A stretch of 60,287 nt of DNA, the filler included, from Globobulimina sp. (taxonomy: Eukaryota): assembly GCA_003354225.1 (NCBI GenBank). It is 7 parts of 7 records of this genome, joined end to end, with 100 filler letters (N's around TTAATTAATTAA, not from the genome) between each part and the next. Parts side by side here need not be neighbours in the genome. Positions count along the whole stretch, not along the records: positions 34,650 to 43,172 come from PIVH01000079.1; positions 43,273 to 51,751 come from PIVH01000081.1; 5 more parts are not named here. The stretch is one strand, 5' to 3'. Under the pieces are notes generated by a model. That model was not told where the DNA came from, made no database searches, and worked only from the letters and a program-made list of their open reading frames with translations. Shown piece after piece: positions 35,416 to 45,797 of this stretch (position 1 is the first letter of the stretch; each line of letters opens with the position of its first letter). The position numbers were made by a program, and so were the translations under genes.

Positions 35416-35670
35416 TTGCCTTGAAACTGAATGTTTGATTTTTGTAGGTCTTGCAATAATGCCTACTCAAATCGTAAATATGTTTGATATTGCGTCTCCG
35501 TAATCATCATGGTATTGAATATTTAATATTATCTTAATTAAATATACTTATTGTTTCTTGTGTCTTTTTTAGAATTCGTTCTTAAAAAACCTCAAGTCCT
35601 TAGTCAATACCACTCAGCCAAGAGAACAAACCAACAAACTCAAAGAGAAACACTCTTAGATTTAGTCGCG

Positions 35671-37281
35671 ATGAGTGATAATTCAGACGATGACGATAAA
35701 ACCTTTGTCAATGGAACACATGTTCCGGATGACAAATTTCATTATCCACCCAACCATCAATTCACACCACATTATTTGATTATAAAAAGGGTGAAATCTG
35801 CAGCAAATCGTGGTGATTTAGCATGTGAAACCGTCGCTGCTATAGCAGCAATGGTTAAAACCAAAGTCATTTTTCCATATGGAAACAGAAAAGGTTGGAA
35901 TGAGGAATTGATTGGTTTAAATGATGCATATTATAAAGCATCACGTTATGAAGCAGCTCATCAAGACATATCCCCACCAATTCATCACAATATCATTGAT
36001 TTATTATCAAACAATCTATGGTTCGATAATGATTTACCTACACAACGTAAGAAAAATTACGATCGACGTTGTGAATTATTCGATGTTGACACTGCTTTGG
36101 ATTCGTGGCAATTCCCAGAACCACCACAAGAAGCAAGTGTTCATGGTAGAGATGAAAATCCGTCGGAGTCGGACAACGAAAACGAGAATGACAACAATGA
36201 TAATATTGAAGATGCAGAGGACAATGAGAGTGACATTAAGAGTGATGAAAAGAAGAATGATTATTACGCAATTCAAGAAGAAACAATTGAAATTGTTTCG
36301 GATGATGAAAATCCGGAAAATAAAAATATTCGGACATTATTCAAGAATTCAAAATATGTAAAAAAGCGGAAATCCGCTGACTATGAAAAGAAATTCATGG
36401 ATCGATTAAAAAATGTGATCGATTATCGTTCACATTTAATACGCAATATCGCAAAAGAAAGAAATTTAAAAAAAGTGACGTATTCACAAGTCCGTGGAGA
36501 ATTTAATGCATTCAATCATCGAATGCTTCAATTTTTAATTGTTTTTCGCGTATTTTTTCATTTGGCACCATCGTCGCAAAAATTTAGCCGTTTATTAAAT
36601 CTAAAAAACGATAAATTAAGAAAAATGGTTGTTTCTGTTTATGAAAAACAGTTTAAATTTTTATGTGACAAGAAATTTATTGATAAAAAAGGAAAAAGAG
36701 TGAAAGGATTTGATTCATTGGATATTATCCCAAAAGAAACATTTATTTTTCGAGATGGAAAAATTAAATTAAATGAAAAAAAGAGAAAAAGAAAGAAATC
36801 GTTTTCTGAATGGGATGAAATAGAATCCTCAAATCCGAAAAAGAAACGAAAAATACATGTTATTGATGATTCTGAGGATTCTGATGACGACAAACCACCA
36901 CAAACGCCCCCACCAAAAAAAAAGAGCAATGACAGCAAATTGGATGAAATCATAAGAGTTCAGAACAATTTAGCATTCAGTGTCGGTGTTTTAACGTCGA
37001 AATCGGAGAAATATAACAAATCTCCGCAAATACAATCCGTTGAAGATATGCTCAATTCGAATAAAAGAGGACTCGGACGGTGGAGCCATGAATACCATGT
37101 TAATAAAACAACGGTTGGCTTTGAATTAATTGCGTCAGAAACAAGAAACAATCAAAGAAACTCAAGTCATCAGCAATTATATCAAAAATTAATGAATAAA
37201 AAGAAGAAATCGCGAGAAATTGTGAGTGATATACAAGGTAAGTGGGTCTGTATCCATTTATCATGTGAGTCGCGTAAATAA
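35671..37281 (+). CDS. Element ORF1, unknown function, with acidic and basic/NLS-like tracts; probable exon ending at 37237
   Basis: Long open frame with first ATG at 35671. Consensus donor CAAG|GTAAGT at 37237/37238 just before the stop. Confidence 0.7.
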   Translation: MSDNSDDDDKTFVNGTHVPDDKFHYPPNHQFTPHYLIIKRVKSAANRGDLACETVAAIAAMVKTKVIFPYGNRKGWNEELIGLNDAYYKASRYEAAHQDISPPIHHNIIDLLSNNLWFDNDLPTQRKKNYDRRCELFDVDTALDSWQFPEPPQEASVHGRDENPSESDNENENDNNDNIEDAEDNESDIKSDEKKNDYYAIQEETIEIVSDDENPENKNIRTLFKNSKYVKKRKSADYEKKFMDRLKNVIDYRSHLIRNIAKERNLKKVTYSQVRGEFNAFNHRMLQFLIVFRVFFHLAPSSQKFSRLLNLKNDKLRKMVVSVYEKQFKFLCDKKFIDKKGKRVKGFDSLDIIPKETFIFRDGKIKLNEKKRKRKKSFSEWDEIESSNPKKKRKIHVIDDSEDSDDDKPPQTPPPKKKSNDSKLDEIIRVQNNLAFSVGVLTSKSEKYNKSPQIQSVEDMLNSNKRGLGRWSHEYHVNKTTVGFELIASETRNNQRNSSHQQLYQKLMNKKKKSREIVSDIQGKWVCIHLSCESRK

Positions 37282-37611
37282 TTAGTTTATTTACAATCTA
37301 TTGTATGACTTTGGATTTTTACCATGTATAAAATTTAAATATGCAAACGTTTCTGTGGAGAGTAACGTTTTTATATTATTATTTCTCTGTGTTTTTGGAT
37401 TTTTATAACAATATTAATTTTAAATATAATATGATCAATTTGTGAAGTGAGTGAACGTAAATTTGTGAGGTAACCACTTCAACATAGATCAAATATTGTC
37501 TGTACAGATATAATTTATATTGCACCATAAATTAATGTACAAACAGTAATGACCAAATACTGATTGGTCCCTTATAACAATGCAATTTATGTGAATCTGT
37601 GTGATATTTAG

Positions 37612-38636
37612 ATGGTGATTCCAATGACAGTGACTCCTCAAATTCAGATAAGAAAAAGAAGAGAACTAAATCAACCAAATTGGATAAAAGATATCAATCT
37701 GAATCAGAATTTTTATTCTTTATTTGGCGAATTAATCCCAAATCATTCACAGATATAATTTTAGAAATTATTCGTTATGCACATGATACTCAAATATTAA
37801 CCAGAGTCGATATCAACGCGACAATAAATAATATTTTCAAAGACAAATCAAATATTTTTAAATTCATTATCGAAGTTAAAAGACTATTAAATTTATGGTC
37901 TATTTATTTAACAACATATCGGAATGAAGTTATTATAAAATTGCGAGCTGTATACACAAAAAAGAAAATTCAATGTAAAGCAACGCGAGAATTTGAATGT
38001 TATGAAAGAATGATGTCGGTTGCCATTAATGATTGGACTGCATTTGGAACAATTATTAAAACTTTGGTGGATGATCCACATTTAGATGAACAATTATTTT
38101 TCATTTTTATTAATAAATCATTTGAAAAATCATACAAACAAAAGACATCGATTATTGTTGATATTCAAGATACCCATTTAAGGCAACAATTGAATATTGA
38201 AAAAATGAATGATGCGAATTGTGATGAATTGTGGATGCAACGTGTTTTTGGTGAATATGACCATTTAAAATTTATAAAAACACAGAAACGATTTGAGGAA
38301 AATTCAAGCAACAATCGGATAAAAACAAAGAATAAATTGACTGTTGATAAGATACCGAAATATCAACAACAATCAAAACGATCTGGCTTAAATCAACAAG
38401 AAAGGAAGGTACGATCCAAAAGAATACATACATGGATGAATCAAACACGCCAAAATATCAAAGATGAATATAAATCCGTCTTTAATGGTGTTTGTGCCGC
38501 CCATCATATGAATGAGGAAACATGTTCAGTTAAAAATGGATTAAAATGTAGAGCAGGCAATAAAGAGAGAAGTCATAAATGTGTTTGCGGTGATTCAACA
38601 CATACAATTCCACAATGTCATAAAATATTTGTTTAA
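37612..38636 (+). CDS. Gag-like ORF with C-terminal Cys/His knuckle region
   Basis: CAAHH...C...C...HKCVCGDSTHTIPQC pattern typical of DIRS gag C-termini. The frame opens at 37605, next to a TTTAG acceptor at 37611. Confidence 0.7.
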
Positions 38637-38767
38637 TGTAACAATTATTTATGTCAGCGAAACTATTGAGACTTTAATTATTTTCTTGTTTCTGACTTTT
38701 AATTTAAACTGTTTGTTTGCAATTATTTGGATTGATTTTATTTATTTCAAAAATAATTCAGCTGCAG

Positions 38768-38799
38768 AGACATGACATTTTGAACAAAATGTCATGTCT
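38768..38799. repeat. Perfect 15-bp inverted repeat
   Basis: AGACATGACATTTTG-AA-CAAAATGTCATGTCT. Confidence 0.95.
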
Positions 38800-38878
38800 T
38801 TCAGACTCATAATTGTCTGATTATGAATTATAAAACGAGAATTTCTTAGTCCCTAATTATTCTGCTTACTATATACAG

Positions 38879-40614
38879 ATAATATAATTCCAAATCTGAA
38901 AGAAATAGACTCAGAGTGTGCTGATTTACTCCAAGAATTAGTTCAATTATGGGAAAATCCGCCAGAAATTAAACAACATTTCAATATTAGTTTATTCCGT
39001 GAATATTTAAGTGATCATCCTAATGGTGAAATAGAAATTAAATTCATTGAGGATGGATATCCATTACATTTAAGAAATCGTGATCCAACAAAATTATGCA
39101 AAGTAGTATCAAATATAGTCAGAGACAAACGTGATTTAAAAGAAATATTAACAAGGATAGTAAAGGAAGCAAAAAAAGCATACATAACACGAACAGATTG
39201 TCAATTACATTATAATTTGAATGTTTTATGTGTTCCTAAAAAGAATAATGATACAAATTTAATGACTGAGATACGTGTAGCTAGACATGGTTCTTTTGCC
39301 ACACAAAGATCAGTTCCCATCAATAAATTAATATCAAAAGAAAAATGCAAAATACCAACACTTCCCAATATCCGTAAATATATAACCTTGCTTTTGAAAT
39401 ATAATTACGTGTCTCTTCGTGACTTAAAAGATGCTTTCAGACAATTGAATGTTGCATCAATTGATGCAAACTATATACAATATTGCATTTTTGGATTATC
39501 TTTCAGAGATCTCAGACAAGCGTATGGTATCGCTTCAGCAGCAGCAAATTGTCAACAATTTGCTCAAATTCTAATATGGATTTTACAAAATAAATATTTA
39601 AATACTCATCAAAGGGACAGAATACTTGTCCATATTGATGATTTTATTTTAGCTGCAGATTCCGAAGAAGAAGCCTTATTTCTTGCAAATAAATTTGATG
39701 AGATGTGTGATCAGTTAAATGTAACAGTGTCACATGCCAAGGATGAAAATGCGATCTGTGAAGGTGTGGTACATGGAATAGGTTTTAATTTAAAAACAAA
39801 ACATGTACACATACCTCCTCATAAATATAATGAACTATTAAAAGGGATAAAACTAATAATTAAATATCGATATGCAACGGGACGAGCGCTTGAATCTATT
39901 TGTGGGAAAATAATGCATTGGTCTCAACTAAGGAAACCTGCGAAGATTCTTTGTTATCGATTATTACGTTTAATTCACGAGAAAATCAGAGCAAATTCAA
40001 AATTAAAGAATAAAGTATTTTGGATACCTGATCCTATAATTCGTGATTTAAAATTCTAGCTACAATATGCGACATTTATGCGCAAAGTAACCATGAAATC
40101 AGTGATTCAACAACCTTCAATAACAATTTCAGGAGCGACAGATGCGAGCAATCTCGGTGGTGGTTTTATTGTTGGTTCACATTATGGTGCATATAAATTT
40201 TGTGATGAATCAAATGAATACGGTATCAATCATAGACGAATGCATATAAATTATCAGGAAGCGCACGCTGTGATAATGCTATTGTATAATTATCGTCACA
40301 TACTTTCAGGTCGTCAACTATTACTATACATTGATAATACATCAGTAATGTATAGCATTTACAAACATTGGGCCGGAAGTATAGATTTAATGGAATATGT
40401 ACAGGAAATTGTATTGTTAATGTGTGTTTATTCAATAGGTTTGAGAGTTGAATTTATACCATCAACCTTTAATGGATTGGCTGATTCTTTGTCACGTTTT
40501 GATTGGAAACGATTCTATGATGAAATTGATCTTTATAATTTACCAATGAATAACAAACAGACATTGCTTGAATACTATCCAATTTTGAAATTATTGCGTA
40601 AATATGACTTATAA
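38879..40614 (+). pseudogene. DIRS-type reverse transcriptase plus RNase H, interrupted by TAG at 40057
   Basis: VPKK, DLKDAFRQL, YGIASA and HIDDF (RT). ATDAS, HINYQE, IDNTS and NGLADSLSR (RNase H) in the same frame. The stop falls where Trp is expected (DLKF*LQY). Confidence 0.88.
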
Positions 40615-40823
40615 TGATTGACAGAATGTCTTGAAACAATTCAAATTCTCAATGTCTTTCTACGTAAATTGTACAATACACGTTTATGAGCCTGTATAGT
40701 AACACAAACTCAGTTGCCCATGATACACAGTAACACTTTGTGTAACACTCGCAGAAAAACCTTACACAAATATCAAAAACCTCTTCTTTTGTGTAACAAA
40801 CCAGGATCAACTTATAATAGATT

Positions 40824-42148
40824 ATGCGAATTCATATATTGTTAATCATATTATGTTGTTTCTTGTATTTAGAATTGCAAAGAATTTCAGTATGGAACCG
40901 CCCCTTTGCAAAACAAGATATTCGGATATCCAAAAGGATTATCGATGATATGTTTAGATCAAGACGTATAACCACCAAAGTTAACTATGTATCAGTATTA
41001 AAAGATTGGTGGGGTTACTGTATTGAAAATGGAGCAAATCCATTTACCCCATATATTAATCCTACAATTGCAATATATTGGCAATATGATAGAACATTAC
41101 GTTTAGGTTCGTGCAACTCACATTCAACGTGGTCATCAGCATTATCATGGTGGGTCAAAGCACATGGCTGCACACCAAAATATTATACGGATTTCTTCTA
41201 TCACACAATTCATGAAAATATGGTAAAATTATATTCAAAACAGAGAAAAGAACGGAAACCGTTCAGAATTCAATGGCTAATTCGATATCTCAAATTGAAG
41301 AATATATTACCGGACACATGGAAATATTGTACATTGGATGAATTGACATCAGCTTATTTATTAATTATGGCATTTTTTACGATAAGCCGCCCAGCGGAGT
41401 TGTTATATACGAATAGCACTGAAAATCCGGCATGGGAAGTAATTACAACTGGTTTACGATGGGGCGATATTTCATTACATAACATGGACAAACCATATCA
41501 TCGGAGATATAAAAAAATATTAATACATTGGTATAAAAATCAAGAATTTCGTGAGCAACCAAAGGAAATTTATATGGCTCCTCCAATTTGTAATAATATA
41601 AATTGTCATTGTCAAATTTTAGATTATTTTCAATTATATTTCTTTATTTTAAAAAAGCGAAAATTATTAATTCAGAATTTGAAATCTCAAAATTCAAAAC
41701 AATCAAAAACGAAATCATTTCAAAACGATTATTGAATTTGGATACAGATACAAATAATTACATTTTTGTAGGATCAAATGGAGCGATTTGGAGACCATCA
41801 AAACTTTCAAATTTATTGAAAGAATTGGTGTTATTGTTAAAGATTCCCAATCCTCAATTTTATCCAGCTTACAGTTTCCGCATTGGATCAACATCATTAT
41901 GTCATTTACAAGAAATTGATTTATTAAAATTAATTCGATTCGTAGTATGGTCAATTAAAGATTTACCTCATGTTTCAAATAGATATATAAATTTCACCAT
42001 TCAGCAACTTAGAATCATACCATTTGAAATGATACATGGTCGGAATCGACCTGGTGGTATGAACATAGATAAAAGCAAAGGGAAATTAACGACTTATAAC
42101 CTATGGGAAGGTAAAGTATGTGAAGATTTATTCATGTCAATTAATTGA
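40824..42148 (+). pseudogene. DIRS-type tyrosine recombinase with a -1 frameshift at about 41650-41700
   Basis: SRPAEL (catalytic Arg), LRWGDI, WYKNQ, then in the second frame YSFRIG, VVWS and NRYI (catalytic Tyr). Confidence 0.82.
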
Positions 42149-42685
42149 TTTATTTAAGGGAGTAAATGATAAATGATTTATGAAATCACAATTTTCTTAG
42201 AAGACTAACAAACTTATTATTCCAACTAAACTTTGTTTGGTTGTAATAATCTTGTCTGGATTACCAAAGCACAATATCATAATATGGCACTTATTTACAC
42301 AACACTCAGGGCACACAGGGAGTAGATCTTTATAGAAACGATTTGTTTATATACAAAAACACAGAGTTTCTACATTGATCAAACCGGAGAATAAAGATCC
42401 TAACAACTTCGTTTTCCGGATATTTACCCGTATGAGTCAAATCATTGAGTTTGTGAAATGAGTGGCCTTTTGTTGAGTAGAGTTCAATTCTCTCCCTTTT
42501 CCAAAATATATTTTTATGCATATTTAAATTTTAATATACTAGAAAGGTTTATAGCGTTGTTGAGCGAGTTGTTATTATTCTACGTCAGTGAAAATGAAAA
42601 AGAGAAAATTGAAGTGGAAGTTTTGCAAGTTTTTTTTTTTTAATGTGGTCTTGTTTTTAGTGCCAAACGTAACAAAATATCGATC

Positions 42686-43006
42686 ATGTTATTACTTGTA
42701 TTCTTATCCATGCTTTTTATGTGTATTGGCAATGGTGGCCCTATTATTGGATCGTTAATAGATTCGGATAGTTATAGTATGACAGTCACAGTATCATCAT
42801 ATTTAGTAGAAGATGAATGTAGTCAATGTACTATTAATGGCTTAGAATCATTGGACCATTTTTCAAATTTATGTAATCAGACATATGGATCACATAATTA
42901 CCAAAAAATGGTAACGTCGGACATTAAAAATGAATTTATGAACAGTCGGTTCATTGCAATATGTTTACATATTATTGGTTACGCATTTGTTTTGTTGCAT
43001 AAATAG
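42686..43006 (+). CDS. Probable first exon of a secreted or membrane host protein
   Basis: Signal-peptide-like N-terminus MLLLVFLSMLFMCIG. Confidence 0.35.
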   Translation: MLLLVFLSMLFMCIGNGGPIIGSLIDSDSYSMTVTVSSYLVEDECSQCTINGLESLDHFSNLCNQTYGSHNYQKMVTSDIKNEFMNSRFIAICLHIIGYAFVLLHK

Positions 43007-43172
43007 TTTACATATATAAATAATTTACGTTTATTAAAAGCCATATTTTTGTTGTTATTGTGATGTAATTCTATTTTTTTGATTTCAATGCGGCAAATGT
43101 TTAGCCATTGAGATGAAAATAGCTCTGGTCATTATACCCCACGGCGTAACCAATATCTGTACAGCTCATATC

Positions 43173-43272
43173 NNNNNNNNNNNNNNNNNNNNNNNNNNNN
43201 NNNNNNNNNNNNNNNNTTAATTAATTAANNNNNNNNNNNNNNNNNNNNNNNNNNNNNNNNNNNNNNNNNNNN
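43173..43272. other. Artificial contig spacer
   Basis: N-run, TTAATTAATTAA, N-run; 100 bp. Confidence 0.99.
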
Positions 43273-43432
43273 CTTGATAATCTGTCTCAGAAATTTGTTT
43301 ACAACCGGTAAAATTGAAGCTGTTATAGGTCATATCTTTAACAGAGGCCATATATCTACCAGTTGCAACTTCTTTTGGAGAAAAATGGGAACCATCTGTG
43401 ACTAATTCAGATATATCTTCTAATGCTTTCAT
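43273..43432 (-). CDS. hsdS: Bacterial type I restriction-modification specificity subunit, N-terminal fragment
   Basis: MKALEDISELVTDGSHFSPK...MASVKDM...FNFTGCKQISETDY matches the start of an HsdS target-recognition domain. The ATG overlaps an upstream stop (TAATG). Confidence 0.7.
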
Positions 43433-43474
43433 TATAGTGTACTGAAGGTTTTTATTCTGACATTTAATATTAGC

Positions 43475-45316
43475 ATGTCTTCAGCTCAAATTGTACCGTG
43501 GCTAAGATGTAGACATTTACTACAAGAGTATGGTGATAATATTGATGATATTCTTTGTGACTATGAGGCAGATATCCTTCAAGTTGTAGGTGGAATTGGA
43601 ACCATTTTGAAAGAATTCTTAAAACAAAAACCAGAAAATATGTCATTTGTATTATTAAATAATTTATGGAATTTACTATCATCAACGAAGCAGGAAACAT
43701 TAGCATATGATCCAACGTCGTTATTAACTTTACCCGATGATGTATTATCGTCAATAGCTACGTTTTTAAACTTAAATGATTTAAATAATTTAAATCAAGT
43801 TTGTTATATAACATCAATTGCAGTGCGAATGCCACACAGTCATAAATTAGCTGTAAATCAACTTAATTCAATCAACCATAATCTATTAAAACCACTTTCA
43901 AAAATAATTATTTTCTCACCTTATCCATCGCAGCAATATGATGCAATTTCATCATTTCAACACATATTACTTACACATAAAAATAGTAAGTATGAACTAC
44001 AAAGCCCTGTAAATTCCGCATTAAACATTGGAATCGTTTCTCGTTTAACACAATGTATATCCAATAATTATAAAAATAAATATGATCAACATTTTAGATT
44101 TTCAGCAACTCAGTTTTTATGCGATTATTTATTGTCTGTTGATTCAATTTATTTCCGCAAAATATTAAACATCGAAATTATGCAACGATTTGATGAAATA
44201 ATTCGAGATAAAAAAGAAGAAAATGAGCAGATTATTTGTATCATTGTAAAACAAATTGAATGTATAATTATTGAAGATTGTACATTGTTAATTAACTGTA
44301 ATATTTTCTCCTTTATATTCGAATGGATTGCAGTTTATTGTTTAGTTGAAACAGAAAAATACCAATTTGGCATTGGCTGTCATATAATTAATTCACTGAT
44401 GACGTTAATTGCAACAGCAAAAAATGATGTTATTAAACATTTATTGACAAACAAAAAATCAATATTCATTTTATTTAAATTGCTTAACATTGCAAATGGT
44501 CGCAGTAGAAACAGGACATTTTTTAAGAAAATACGAGATTATTTAGTATGTTTTGTGTTATATTTAATAAAGACATGCCATTCAGACTCAGTTGTAATGG
44601 ATGCGAATTGTATTGCAATTGAATGTATTTTATCAGTGATTGATGAATTAAATAAAACAGAGCGAGATATGGAAGATATGAACACATTGTCGCTCTCCAT
44701 TCAAATTATTAATTCAGTTTTATTGTGTGATGATGTTGAAGTTATTAAACAATTAAAGATATCGATATGGTGTTACACTAAACAAATACGACAATACATT
44801 AATAGAGACACTGTCGGATGTTATGTATTGTTGTCGTTTGCTTTGATGCTGCGGTATTCACAATGTATTGATACAATATTGAATGGTACAAAAGGCACAA
44901 AAGGATTAATGGATGAAATTATTGATATTATTATTTGTGGAAAATATGTGCATGCGAATACTGTCAAAAATGGAGCTTTATGTATTTTTAATATTGTTGA
45001 ATATGGAAATGATAAACATTTGCAAATATTATATGAAAATCATGGTGTAATGGCTGCATTATTTGGTTTAATGGATACTGAGAGTCAAAATGATCAACAA
45101 TTAATGATAGATGCTTTAAATTGTATTGATGTATTATTGGAAACGAAAATTATGAAAACTGGGTCAAATTATTCACAAAAAATGTATAAAAGAAAATTAC
45201 AGAATTTGCAATATGAATTAATTGATGATAATAAAGATAATCTATTCATAATTACTGATTCTCTCAAATCTTGTATTCAAACAATATCTGAAAAGTATGC
45301 TACATTGACTACATAG
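43475..45316 (+). CDS. F-box plus ARM-repeat (importin-alpha-like) protein
   Basis: LLTLPDDVLSSIATFL...LNQVC F-box. ARM-like helices such as ALNIGIVSRLTQCI and VKNGALCIFNIVEYG. Confidence 0.7.
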   Translation: MSSAQIVPWLRCRHLLQEYGDNIDDILCDYEADILQVVGGIGTILKEFLKQKPENMSFVLLNNLWNLLSSTKQETLAYDPTSLLTLPDDVLSSIATFLNLNDLNNLNQVCYITSIAVRMPHSHKLAVNQLNSINHNLLKPLSKIIIFSPYPSQQYDAISSFQHILLTHKNSKYELQSPVNSALNIGIVSRLTQCISNNYKNKYDQHFRFSATQFLCDYLLSVDSIYFRKILNIEIMQRFDEIIRDKKEENEQIICIIVKQIECIIIEDCTLLINCNIFSFIFEWIAVYCLVETEKYQFGIGCHIINSLMTLIATAKNDVIKHLLTNKKSIFILFKLLNIANGRSRNRTFFKKIRDYLVCFVLYLIKTCHSDSVVMDANCIAIECILSVIDELNKTERDMEDMNTLSLSIQIINSVLLCDDVEVIKQLKISIWCYTKQIRQYINRDTVGCYVLLSFALMLRYSQCIDTILNGTKGTKGLMDEIIDIIICGKYVHANTVKNGALCIFNIVEYGNDKHLQILYENHGVMAALFGLMDTESQNDQQLMIDALNCIDVLLETKIMKTGSNYSQKMYKRKLQNLQYELIDDNKDNLFIITDSLKSCIQTISEKYATLTT

Positions 45317-45797
45317 CAATATATAGAAACTAGTTTAAACGTATAACCAGATTTAGACCCTCGTTGAATATTTCTCTATTACATATTACATTCTTTCAGA
45401 TCAATTGTTTCATTTATGCTAAAAGACATATTGACATACTTTAGAACCTGAATAATTTGAAACATGAATACGTTTGAAACTGTATACATTATCCTCGCAC
45501 ACACGGAAGATGGCGATCTCTTCAAAATTTTCAAATAAATTATGTTAATTACATGTTTCGGTTGTCAGTACAAATTATTCTTTTTTTTTTTCTTCTTCAA
45601 AACTTTAAGAAATCAATTAAAGATTTCACCTGCAAACACAAGAGGAACACTAAATAAATAGTAAACACAAACATGGATACAAGTCCTTTTATTTGGGGAT
45701 GAATTCGAAACCAATGAACAAAGGTAAATATATAAAATATTTGGATAAGAGTCCGAGAGAACTCTATAATCCTAGATCTGGGATGACTGGGCATATA

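Larger units (their letters stand above)
35551..42500 (+). mobile_element. DIRS/Ngaro-like tyrosine-recombinase retrotransposon, probably an inactive copy; ends approximate
   Basis: Gene order ORF1, gag-like, RT, RNase H, YR. One in-frame stop in pol and one frameshift in YR. Confidence 0.88.

Noticed and set aside
40057-40059. Programmed stop readthrough or alternative genetic code in pol
   Set aside because: The TAG sits at an expected Trp (TGG to TAG), the same copy has a YR frameshift, and TAG ends ordinary genes elsewhere in the window (e.g. 45316).
41648-41657. Programmed -1 frameshift at TTTAAAAAAG in the recombinase
   Set aside because: A slippery-like run is in phase, but such runs are common in this AT-rich DNA, no stimulatory structure is evident, and a simple indel in a decayed copy is more parsimonious.
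35610-42465. Inverted terminal repeats of the DIRS-like element (CCACTCA and CAAACTCAA versus complements near 42445-42465)
   Set aside because: Only two short matches with different spacing; not enough to call termini.
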